Positions 28,174-36,139 of a stretch of DNA of 64,000 bases are shown here, in pieces (the stretch's first letter is position 1; every line of letters starts with the position of its first letter). This DNA is from Candidatus Sericytochromatia bacterium (GTDB lineage Bacteria; Cyanobacteriota; Sericytochromatia; S15B-MN24; UBA4093). The translations under genes and the position numbers were made by a program. Under the pieces are notes generated by a model. The model did no database searches. It was given only the letters and a program-made list of their open reading frames with translations, and was not told where the DNA came from. The DNA lies in NCBI GenBank assembly GCA_036676495.1, contig JAKFCT010000029.1:64001-128000 (forward strand), written 5' to 3'.

Positions 28174-29036
28174 GCGCTCCCGTCCTCGACATCATCATCG
28201 TGAACTGGAACACCCGGGACCTGCTCTCCCGGACCCTCGACTGCGTCGAGGCCACGGTCTGCACGCCCCATACCTGCTGGGTGGTCGACAACGGCTCGTC
28301 CGACGACTCCGTCGCGCACGTCCGGGAGCGCTTCCCATGGGTGCAGATCATCGCCAACTCCGACAACCTGGGCTTCGCGGCCGCCAACAACCAGGCCATC
28401 CTCGAGGCGCGCGGGCGGTACGCGCTCCTCTTGAACTCGGATACCGAGGTGCAGCCGGGGGCGATCGACCGGCTGATCCAGTACATGGATGCCAACCCGG
28501 AAGTCGGACTTTGCGGCCCCAAGCTGCTCAACGCCGATCGCAGCCTGCAGCCTTCCGCGCGCAACTTCTACAGCACCTTCGGATCGCTCATCGAGAACAA
28601 GCTGATCGCGCAGTTCTGGAAGACGCCCCGCTCCCAGACCCGCTTCCTCAGCTACTGGGACCATTCGTACACCCGTCCGGTGGACTGGGTGACCGGGGCC
28701 TGCATGCTCGCACGGATGGACACGATTCGCCGGGTCGGCCTTCTCGATACCGCCTTCTTCATGTACGGCGAGGAGATCGACTGGCAAATGCGCATGCAGA
28801 AGGCCGGCTACCCGATCCACTTCGTGCATGACGCCGAGGTCATCCATCTGGGAGGCGGCTCCTCGCAGCAGGCCTTCCAGAAGATGCGGCGCCAAGAGTA
28901 CCTGAGCCGCCAGATCCTGATCGACAAGCACTACCCGCCCCATACCCGGGCCGTCTTCCGGGTCAAGACCGCTGTGGGCATCGGCTTCTGGAAGGCGCTG
29001 GCCACCCTCTCCGGGAAGAAGCTGGAGCAGGTTTAG
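28170..29036 (+). CDS. Glycosyltransferase family 2
   Basis: IIIVNWN, VVDNGSSD, NLGFAAANN, LLLNSD, VDWVTGAC, FFMYGEEID. Confidence 0.92.
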   Translation: MSAPVLDIIIVNWNTRDLLSRTLDCVEATVCTPHTCWVVDNGSSDDSVAHVRERFPWVQIIANSDNLGFAAANNQAILEARGRYALLLNSDTEVQPGAIDRLIQYMDANPEVGLCGPKLLNADRSLQPSARNFYSTFGSLIENKLIAQFWKTPRSQTRFLSYWDHSYTRPVDWVTGACMLARMDTIRRVGLLDTAFFMYGEEIDWQMRMQKAGYPIHFVHDAEVIHLGGGSSQQAFQKMRRQEYLSRQILIDKHYPPHTRAVFRVKTAVGIGFWKALATLSGKKLEQV

Positions 29037-29089
29037 ATTAAATTTTGATTAAATCGATCACGGGGCCAGCATTAACGCGAATTTAACGC
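29037..29089. promoter_or_regulatory. Two TTAA-N7-TTAA pairs (Pho-box-like)
   Basis: TTAA at 29038/29049 and 29072/29083. Confidence 0.5.
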
Positions 29090-29099
29090 CCGATGAGAC

Positions 29100-29193
29100 G
29101 CATGTGGACCTGAGCCTCGGTTCGGGACCCCACGCTTTCCCTTTGTCGTGTGTGACGGCGCCCCCAGTCTCTGGGGGCGCCGTCGCGCGTTTG
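29100..29193 (+). ncRNA. Candidate small RNA (stem-loop, pyrimidine-rich linker, terminator)
   Basis: GTGG-A-CCTGAGC/GTTCGGG..CCAC hairpin; linker GCTTTCCCTTTG; ~18-bp hairpin 29151-29187 plus TTT; G-U pairs favour the + strand. Confidence 0.4.
29149..29193 (+). terminator. Intrinsic terminator
   Basis: TGTGACGGCGCCCCCAG-TCT-CTGGGGGCGCCGTCGCG followed by CGTTT. Confidence 0.8.
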
Positions 29194-29199
29194 GCTCCC

Positions 29200-29238
29200 G
29201 CGCAGGCAGAGACGCGCAGGCAGGGACGCCTGCGCCAC
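29200..29238 (-). repeat. REP-like element (GTGGCGCRGGCGTCYCTGCC family)
   Basis: Reverse complement is GTGGCGCAGGCGTCCCTGCCTGCGC plus a partial copy; same family as 30123 and 50375. Confidence 0.75.
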
Positions 29239-29241
29239 TGA

Positions 29242-29940
29242 TCAGGGCAGGTCGAAGAGCAGGACTTCGCCGGAATCGGGGGTCTCCAGCCGGAGCTGCT
29301 CCTCGTCGACGAGCTGGGCGCCGTCTCCCGCCGCCATGGGCTGACCGTTCAAGAGGACGTTGCCGCGGGCCACGTGGAGGTAGGCCTTCCGGCCGGGCGT
29401 CAGGGGCTGCGAGAGGCTCTCCCCGGCCTGGAGGAGGGCGATGGAGAGGCGGGCGTCCTGGTGAATCGTGACCGAGCCGTCGCGACCGTCGGGCGAGGCG
29501 ACGAGGCGCAGCTTGCCGCGCTTGGAGGCCTCGGGGAAGGTCTTCTGCTCGTAGCTGGGAGGCAGTCCCTTCCGGTCGGGAAGGATCCAGATCTGGAAGA
29601 AGTGGACCGGGTGATCGGGAGAGGGGTTGAACTCGCTGTGCCGCACGCCGGTGCCGGCGCTCATGCGCTGGACGTCGCCGGGCCGGATGACCGAGGTATT
29701 GCCCATGGAGTCCCGGTGCTGGAGTTCGCCGTCGAGGACGACGGAGACGATTTCCATGTCGGCGTGGGGGTGGGTTCCGAAGCCCATGCCGGGGGCGACG
29801 GTGTCGTCGTTGAGGACGCGCAGCACCGAGAAGCCCATGTGGCGGGGGTCGAAGTAGTCCGCGAAGGAAAAGGTGTGATAGGTGTCGAGCCAGCCATGAT
29901 GGGCATGGCCGCGCTCATGGCTGGGGCGCAGGGTGATCAT
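29242..29940 (-). CDS. Pirin family protein (YhhW-like)
   Basis: [55 protein letters not shown]; GGAGG RBS. Confidence 0.95.
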   Translation of the reverse strand: MITLRPSHERGHAHHGWLDTYHTFSFADYFDPRHMGFSVLRVLNDDTVAPGMGFGTHPHADMEIVSVVLDGELQHRDSMGNTSVIRPGDVQRMSAGTGVRHSEFNPSPDHPVHFFQIWILPDRKGLPPSYEQKTFPEASKRGKLRLVASPDGRDGSVTIHQDARLSIALLQAGESLSQPLTPGRKAYLHVARGNVLLNGQPMAAGDGAQLVDEEQLRLETPDSGEVLLFDLP

Positions 29941-29971
29941 GAGGGACCTCCGGGTTGAAGCCGCCAAAAAG

Positions 29972-30007
29972 AGTTCTAATTAGAACTAATTTCTTTTTAG
30001 CTGTCAA
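29972..30007 (-). promoter_or_regulatory. Sigma-70 promoter of pirin (TTGACA-N17-TCTAAT) overlapped by a perfect 16-bp palindromic operator
   Basis: -35 at 30002-30007 and -10 at 29979-29984; palindrome AGTTCTAATTAGAACT at 29972-29987. Confidence 0.8.
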
Positions 30008-30122
30008 CCCCATTTTGCTCAGGATCAGAGCCATGGCGGGCGCGGAGGCCCGCCCCCCGGGCACATCGGCTTGGGTCGCGCACCAAGGCTGCGGCTTGGG
30101 GCGGCATCCCCAGGATCTGCCG

Positions 30123-30145
30123 GTGGCGCGGGCGTCTCTGCCGCG
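30123..30145 (+). repeat. REP-like element
   Basis: GTGGCGCGGGCGTCTCTGCC, matching the 50375 repeat unit. Confidence 0.65.
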
Positions 30146-30264
30146 ATCTCAACATTGGGCATCGCAGCGCGGATCGAGTAGAATGGTGAGGATTGGCCTG
30201 CGGAAGCGCCGGGGAGCGCGTCCCGCAAGGTGAAGGATACCGCAGCGATTAGGAGGTCCTCTCA

Positions 30265-32064
30265 ATGTCCCAGACCATGACCCCGCCGGTTGCCCGCCGT
30301 TTGCCGAACGCCGGCACGACGTTCGACCTGGATCAGCTCACGTCCGGCATCCGCGAGTTCAACGACCGCGGTCAGCTCGGCCTGGATCCGCTCGCCGAGA
30401 TGTACCGGAGCCGCCGCGAGACCTGGAGCCTGTTCACTCCGGGCATGCGCGACGAGGAGATCGAGGCCCTGCGGGAGTACCTCTTCCCCTACCGCGAGCT
30501 GCCTTCGACTCCCCAGTCCGAGCCCATCGCCGTTTACAACTTCACGGCCGGCCAGTGGCGCAAGCCCAAGAGCGGCAAGACGATGGCCTTCAACTCGCTC
30601 TACGACAAGCGCGTGCCGTTCGCCTCGGTGCCCGACTCCCAGGCCGAGGACGTCGAAGAGGCCATCTCCTACGCCTACGACTTCTGGACCTCGCTCGAGT
30701 GGAGCACCGAGACCGTGGCGTACCGCAAGTGGGTGGTCTCCAACTGGTCGCGCATGATGGAGTACTTCTACGAGGAGGTCATGCGCGAGATCCGGCATGA
30801 GATCCCGAAGACCCGCCTCGAGGGCAACAAGGACTACTGGGAGGCCAAGCGCGCGGCCGATCACATCGCGGGGAACGCCGAGAAGGCCATGCGCGGCGAG
30901 ATCGTCCCCCAGATGGTCGCGAACCAGACTTACTGGAAGAACGCCTACATCCCGGCGGGCGTGTCGGCCGTCATCACCCCGATGAACTTCATCTACGGCA
31001 TCCCCGGCATCCAGATCATCGGCTGCTACATGGCGGGCGCCCCCATGATCTTCAAGGGCCACCCCTTCGGGGCGGTCTCCAACACGGTCATGATCCGCAT
31101 GCTCCTGGCTGCCGGCGCCGATCCCCGCGCCGTCCAGAAGCTCGAGGGCGGAGCGGGCATCACCAGCCTTTCCTCCGACGAGCGCATCGCCGTCGTCTCC
31201 GTGACCGGCTCCGAGATGACCGCCCTCAAGATCACCGAGAGCCGCGGCCTGCGCCCGACCAAGTTCGAGGGCGGCGGCAGCAACTGGGCCTGGATCGACG
31301 ACGGCTACTCCGATGCGGAGCTGGAGAAGATCGCCATCCGCCTGACCTACTCCAAGCTCGGCTTCTCCTCGCACAAGTGCACGACCCTTCACGGCATCGC
31401 CGCGTCGCCGGCCACCCTGGCCAAGGTGATCGGCTACGTCAACGCCGAGATGGACCGCTGGGTGATCCGGAACCCCGCCCTGGTCAGCGATGAGGCCACC
31501 AAGGTGATCGGCCCCAACATGGTCCACAAGGCCCAGACCGTCACCAACATCCAGGAAGCGGCGCGCCAGGCGGGCTGCGCGATCCTGCGCGAGGGCGGCA
31601 AGGTCACCGGCAGCGCCTACGGCTACGAGGTCGATCCGGACTACGCGGCCAACGCCGAGGTCATCGCCCCGGTGATCCTCAAGGTCACCCCGGACGTCAA
31701 GCTCACCTGCGACTGGGACGGCAAGGGCGAGCTGACGTTCGCCCCGGCCACCACCGAGTACTTCATGCCGATCCTCTGCGCGATGGAGGTCTCCTCCTTC
31801 GAGGATTACCTGCGCTTCTCGCTGGTCACCAACCCGCATGACCTGGCCAACTCGATCTGGACCCGCGACGACGCCAAGCTCGTCAAGGCCCGCCAGATCC
31901 TCGGCGGCATGCTCAAGGAGAACGACGGCACGGATTCGGCCCTCGAGTGGGAGGAGTTCGGAGCGTCGGGCATCGGCGGCTCGGGCAACATGGGCGTCGG
32001 CGACGCCGAGACCACCATCGCGATCTTCTGCCGCCGGCAGAAGGGCCGCCACTTGGTCTTCTAG
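30265..32064 (+). CDS. Aldehyde dehydrogenase family protein (possibly P5C/glutamate-semialdehyde dehydrogenase)
   Basis: GVSAVITPMNF, VTGS, general-base Glu in FEGGGSN, catalytic Cys in SSHKCTT, EYFMP; AGGAGG RBS. Confidence 0.85.
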   Translation: MSQTMTPPVARRLPNAGTTFDLDQLTSGIREFNDRGQLGLDPLAEMYRSRRETWSLFTPGMRDEEIEALREYLFPYRELPSTPQSEPIAVYNFTAGQWRKPKSGKTMAFNSLYDKRVPFASVPDSQAEDVEEAISYAYDFWTSLEWSTETVAYRKWVVSNWSRMMEYFYEEVMREIRHEIPKTRLEGNKDYWEAKRAADHIAGNAEKAMRGEIVPQMVANQTYWKNAYIPAGVSAVITPMNFIYGIPGIQIIGCYMAGAPMIFKGHPFGAVSNTVMIRMLLAAGADPRAVQKLEGGAGITSLSSDERIAVVSVTGSEMTALKITESRGLRPTKFEGGGSNWAWIDDGYSDAELEKIAIRLTYSKLGFSSHKCTTLHGIAASPATLAKVIGYVNAEMDRWVIRNPALVSDEATKVIGPNMVHKAQTVTNIQEAARQAGCAILREGGKVTGSAYGYEVDPDYAANAEVIAPVILKVTPDVKLTCDWDGKGELTFAPATTEYFMPILCAMEVSSFEDYLRFSLVTNPHDLANSIWTRDDAKLVKARQILGGMLKENDGTDSALEWEEFGASGIGGSGNMGVGDAETTIAIFCRRQKGRHLVF

Positions 32065-32080
32065 TCCCGACATCGAGTCG

Positions 32081-32117
32081 AGGGGCCGCAGCGGATTCGC
32101 TGCGGCCCCTTGCTTTT
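32081..32117 (+). terminator. Intrinsic terminator
   Basis: AGGGGCCGCAGCG-GATT-CGCTGCGGCCCCT followed by TGCTTTT. Confidence 0.8.
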
Positions 32118-32227
32118 GCCACACAGAGGAACCAAAGCACGGGTCCATGATCGTCGATTTACATGAGGGATGCCCGGGAGTCGATGCCGCATAGTGAGTC
32201 CGGCCCACCGAGAGGAGGTACGGAAGT

Positions 32228-32521
32228 ATGCATGCAAGGAAGCTTTGGTTGGCCCTGGCGACGACGGCGTCCCTCGGTATCCTTGGGTGCGGAAACGCCG
32301 GCGCTCCGGTCGTCCAGACGGCGGCCGACGGCGTCGCCCAGGGATCGTCCTATGCCGTGCAACAAGGGGAGTCGGGGACCGCGATTTGCGGGCGGCGCTA
32401 CCGGCTCTGCTTGAGGACCTTGGTTCGGGAGCTCGGTTCTCAGGCGATCGAGGTCTGTCAGGAACGGCGTGATCGCTGCATCGACGCCCTGGGAGAGGGC
32501 TATTTCAGCCGACGGAACTAG
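32228..32521 (+). CDS. Small lipoprotein with twin CX6C motif
   Basis: AGGAGG RBS; lipobox ILG-C; CGRRYRLC and CQERRDRC. Confidence 0.65.
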   Translation: MHARKLWLALATTASLGILGCGNAGAPVVQTAADGVAQGSSYAVQQGESGTAICGRRYRLCLRTLVRELGSQAIEVCQERRDRCIDALGEGYFSRRN

Positions 32522-32592
32522 GTCGATCACGGCGCAAGCCCCCTACCGGCGGGGCTTGCGCCGTGGCGTGCGCAGCGCGAAAGGGGGTTGTC

Positions 32593-33129
32593 GTGAAAGC
32601 ACTCGGAATCATGTTGCTCGGAGGCCTCGTAGGCGTGGGCCTCGGACTCGCCACCCCGCATCTCGTTCCCTCCGCAGATCGCCAGGAGGCCCCCTCGGGC
32701 ATCGAGGCCTTGCGAAACCGCCAGGCCCCCGACTTCACCCTGCCGGGATCCCAGCCTCCCGACGCGGTCACGCTTGCGGCCTACCGCGGCAAGGTGGTCC
32801 TTCTCAATTTCTTCGAGACGGGCTGTCCCCACTGTCACGAGGAGATTCCGGCCCTCGTGAAGCTTCACCGCGACCTCCGCGCGGACGGCGTCGAGGTGAT
32901 CGGCGTGGCCCTCGATCCCGTGGGCACGAAGGAGCTGGGGCGTCTCGCCAAGGAACTCGGCGTCTCCTACCCCATGGCGCTCGGCAACGAGGGGGTGGCG
33001 GAGCGCTATGGCGGGATCGAGGGAGTTCCGACCTCGTTCTTGATCGACCGGAAGGGGCGGATCGTCGACATCTTCCCGGGCGCCGTCGGCTATACGACCC
33101 TCGAGACGGCCGTTCGCAGCGTCAAGTGA
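32593..33129 (+). CDS. TlpA/ResA-family thiol-disulfide oxidoreductase
   Basis: N-terminal anchor; APDFTL, GKVVLLNF, CPHC..EIP.L, VPTSFLIDRKG. Confidence 0.9.
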   Translation: MKALGIMLLGGLVGVGLGLATPHLVPSADRQEAPSGIEALRNRQAPDFTLPGSQPPDAVTLAAYRGKVVLLNFFETGCPHCHEEIPALVKLHRDLRADGVEVIGVALDPVGTKELGRLAKELGVSYPMALGNEGVAERYGGIEGVPTSFLIDRKGRIVDIFPGAVGYTTLETAVRSVK

Positions 33130-33231
33130 GCTGGGGAGGTCGGCCAAGGGTGTTAGAATCGAAGCACGCTCGCTCAGCGCTCCGGCCGAGGGTTGCTCGG
33201 CCCCGCTCGCGGTAAAGAAAGGACGTTCTGC

Positions 33232-33498
33232 TTGGCCATCATCGTCCCCCATAACGAACCCGCCCTCACCGTGACCATCGACCTGCATGAGGCCATCCTG
33301 GTCCTCGACGCCCTGCTCGAGCGACGCAAGGAGCGTTTCGGGCAACCCTTCCCCGACGGAGCCGAGGTCACGTTCGAGGAGCTCACCGACCAGTTCGGTT
33401 CCGAGGAAGACGCCGAAGACTTCCTGGCGATGATCGAGCTCGAGTCCATGCTCACCGACGCCCTCCAGGTCTTCGAAGAGGAGGACGACGAGGAGTAG
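33232..33498 (+). CDS. Small, very acidic hypothetical protein (88 aa)
   Basis: TGTTAGAAT extended -10 at 33151; AAAGGA RBS; TTG start; high-GC3 codons. Confidence 0.7.
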   Translation: MAIIVPHNEPALTVTIDLHEAILVLDALLERRKERFGQPFPDGAEVTFEELTDQFGSEEDAEDFLAMIELESMLTDALQVFEEEDDEE

Positions 33499-33502
33499 GG
33501 CT

Positions 33503-33511
33503 TGGTATAAT
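33503..33511 (+). promoter_or_regulatory. Extended -10 promoter of rocD
   Basis: TGGTATAAT about 40 bp before the start codon. Confidence 0.7.
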
Positions 33512-33550
33512 GGAGGCGCGCCGTTGATGCCTCTGACAAGGAGTAGATAC

Positions 33551-34750
33551 ATGCTGACCTCCGCGAAGACCACTGAATTCATCGAGATGGAAGACCGGCT
33601 CGGGGCCCATAACTACCACCCCCTGCCGGTGCTCATCGAGAGCGCGGAGGGCGTCTGGGTCAAAGATGTCGAGGGCAAGCGGTACCTGGACTGCCTCAGC
33701 GCATACTCCGCGGTGAACCAGGGCCACTGCCATCCCCGCATCCTCAAGGCCCTCACCGAGCAAGCCTCCAAGGTCACCCTGACCTCGCGGGCCTTCCGCA
33801 ACGATCAGCTCCCCTTGCTCTACCAGGAGATGGTGGAGATGACCGGCTTCGAGCGGGTGATCCCCATGAACTCGGGAGCCGAGGCCGTCGAGACCGCCAT
33901 CAAGGCCTCCCGCAAGTGGGCCTACGACGTGAAGAAGGTCCCCGCCAACCAGGCCGAGATCATCGTCTGCTCCAACAACTTCCACGGCCGGACCACCACG
34001 CTGGTCTCCTTCTCGACCGAGCCGCTCTACCAAGACGGCTTCGGCCCCTTCACGCCGGGCTTCAAGGTCATCCCCTTCGGCGATCTGTCGGCCCTCGAAG
34101 CCGCCATCACCCCCAACACCGCCGCCTTCCTCTTCGAGCCCATCCAGGGTGAGGCCGGCGTGATCATCCCGCCCGACGGCTTCCTGCGCGAGGCTCAGCG
34201 CCTCTGCCGCGCAAACCGCGTGCTCATGATCGCCGACGAGATCCAGACCGGTCTGGGACGCACCGGCCGCCTCTTCGCCTTCGAGCACGAGGGGATCCGC
34301 CCGGATATCGTGGTGATCGGCAAGGCCCTCTCGGGCGGCTTCTACCCGGTCTCGGCGATGCTCTCCTCCGCCGAGGTCATGGACGTCTTCAAGCCGGGCT
34401 CGCACGGCAGCACCTTCGGCGGCAACCCGCTGGGCTGCGCCGTGGCCCGCGCCGCGCTGGCGGTCCTGCGCGACGAGGACCTCGTCGCGCGCTCGGCCGA
34501 GCTGGGCGATTACTTCCTCACCCGTCTCAAGGGCCTGAAGAGCCCCTATATCGTCGAGGTTCGCGGCAAGGGCCTGCTCATCGGCATCCAGCTCAACACC
34601 GCCGCGCGCCCCTTCGCCGAGCGCCTCATGGCCGCGGGCATGCTCTGCAAGGAAACCCACGACGTGGTCCTGCGCGTCGCGCCTCCCCTGGTCATCACGC
34701 GCGAAGAGCTCGACTGGGCCTTCGACCGCCTGGCGGAAGTCCTGGCCTAA
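33551..34750 (+). CDS. rocD: Ornithine--oxo-acid aminotransferase
   Basis: [63 protein letters not shown]. Confidence 0.95.
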   Translation: MLTSAKTTEFIEMEDRLGAHNYHPLPVLIESAEGVWVKDVEGKRYLDCLSAYSAVNQGHCHPRILKALTEQASKVTLTSRAFRNDQLPLLYQEMVEMTGFERVIPMNSGAEAVETAIKASRKWAYDVKKVPANQAEIIVCSNNFHGRTTTLVSFSTEPLYQDGFGPFTPGFKVIPFGDLSALEAAITPNTAAFLFEPIQGEAGVIIPPDGFLREAQRLCRANRVLMIADEIQTGLGRTGRLFAFEHEGIRPDIVVIGKALSGGFYPVSAMLSSAEVMDVFKPGSHGSTFGGNPLGCAVARAALAVLRDEDLVARSAELGDYFLTRLKGLKSPYIVEVRGKGLLIGIQLNTAARPFAERLMAAGMLCKETHDVVLRVAPPLVITREELDWAFDRLAEVLA

Positions 34751-34762
34751 CCCCCAGCCTCC

Positions 34763-34796
34763 ACGAGCCCCGCGACCGATCGGTCGCGGGGCTCGT
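34763..34796. terminator. Perfect 34-bp palindrome after rocD
   Basis: ACGAGCCCCGCGACCGATCGGTCGCGGGGCTCGT; no clear U-tract. Confidence 0.65.
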
Positions 34797-34849
34797 CCCA
34801 CGTAAGGGCTGCTTGCCTGCTGGGTATGAGAAAAAAACCCCTCGCGTCG

Positions 34850-35027
34850 AGCGCCTGCGGCCAGGGCAGAAAAAGCGAAGCTGACCTTTAGCGCCCGCGG
34901 CTGTTGCGAGACGCCCGTGGCTGGAGACCAGTAAAGCGAGCGTTAACCGAGAGCCGCATGGGTAGAGGCTGAAAGTCAAAGCTCGCTGTCCTGCAGCAAC
35001 GAAGATCGCTCTAGAAACGGCATTAGC
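34850..35027 (+). repeat. Degenerate copies of the 49.2-kb non-coding module
   Basis: AGCGCCTGCGGCC..AAAGCGAAGCTGACC, AGCGCCCGCGGCTGTTGCG..AGTAAAGCG and TAGAAACGGCATTAGC just before the RBS. Confidence 0.65.
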
Positions 35028-35045
35028 CATAAGGAGTCACCGGAA

Positions 35046-36029
35046 ATGAAATCGCGCGTCTGGCTGGGAACGGCCTTGGCCCTGGGAGTCCTCGGCTGCT
35101 CCGGCAACCCCATGGGCAGCTCCTCCAACCCCTACGGGGTTCCGACCTCGGTCTCGCTCACCATGCCCGACTCGCTGAAGACCGTTTCCGCCTTGAAGAC
35201 CGTCTCCGCCTACCGGATCCAGGCCGACGACTTCTCCATCGGAGAGCAGATCGGCGCCAACCTCGAAATCTACACGGCCTCGACCGAGCTGATCGACGAG
35301 ATCCTCAGCAGCCTTTCGGACGTGAACCTCACTCCGGGCAAGCCCCATACCGTCACGGAAGACGGCGAGACCTTGACGGTTCTCCTGGAGGTCAAATCCG
35401 ACCACGCCGTGATCTCCATCGGGGAGGGAGCATCGGCCACCGGCGAGAACCAGATCATCGGCATCTCCTTCACCGGCCCGACCAAAGGCCGCGCCGTCTT
35501 CCGCTCCCGCGAGCCGATGCCGGGAGCCGGAACGTTCGCCCTGGAGACGATCTTCGACCTCGACGCGGGCAAGGTCTCGGCAAACGGCTACTCCGACACC
35601 ACCATGCTGGCCGAGGACGATCCGCAGAAGTTCTCCGCCCACTGGGAGTTCAGGAGCCATAAGAAGCCCCCGGCGGGAGTTCCATGGTTCACGGCGAGGG
35701 CGTCCGCCTACTTCCATCTGCCGAGCAAGCCGGACGAGTCCGGCGTCTACGCCCTGGTGGCCAACTGCCTCGACGACGGCAGCGCGGCCGCCATCCTCGG
35801 CATTCGCATGCCCCTGACCGGACCCGACTTCGCGCTGCTCCCCAGCGACGAAACCACCGGCAACACCGGCTTCTTTCTGGGCGCCGACGGCCGAGACATC
35901 CTGCCTGGTTCGGCTTCGGCCGCGCTGAAGGCGCTCGTGCCTTCCCAGGACACGATCTACCAGCCGTTCCCGGCGGACCCGAGCCAGGGCCAGCCGCTGG
36001 CCGAGGCCATGTTCGCGTTTCCCCGCTAA
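35046..36029 (+). CDS. Hypothetical lipoprotein
   Basis: AAGGAG RBS; lipobox VLG-C; internal 18-bp duplication (LKTVSA x2) at 35175-35210. Confidence 0.75.
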   Translation: MKSRVWLGTALALGVLGCSGNPMGSSSNPYGVPTSVSLTMPDSLKTVSALKTVSAYRIQADDFSIGEQIGANLEIYTASTELIDEILSSLSDVNLTPGKPHTVTEDGETLTVLLEVKSDHAVISIGEGASATGENQIIGISFTGPTKGRAVFRSREPMPGAGTFALETIFDLDAGKVSANGYSDTTMLAEDDPQKFSAHWEFRSHKKPPAGVPWFTARASAYFHLPSKPDESGVYALVANCLDDGSAAAILGIRMPLTGPDFALLPSDETTGNTGFFLGADGRDILPGSASAALKALVPSQDTIYQPFPADPSQGQPLAEAMFAFPR

Positions 36030-36088
36030 TCCCGCTCCATCAGCCGAGGAGGGCCTCCGGGTCGCCGCGGCGACCCCGCGCAGTAAGC

Positions 36089-36128
36089 AAAAAAGCAGGC
36101 CGCCGCTCCCAATGGAGCGGCGGCCTGC
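36089..36128 (-). terminator. Intrinsic terminator
   Basis: GCAGGCCGCCGCTCC/GGAGCGGCGGCCTGC stem with an A6 flank (U-tract on the minus strand). Confidence 0.85.
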
Positions 36129-36139
36129 GGCGTTTCGGA

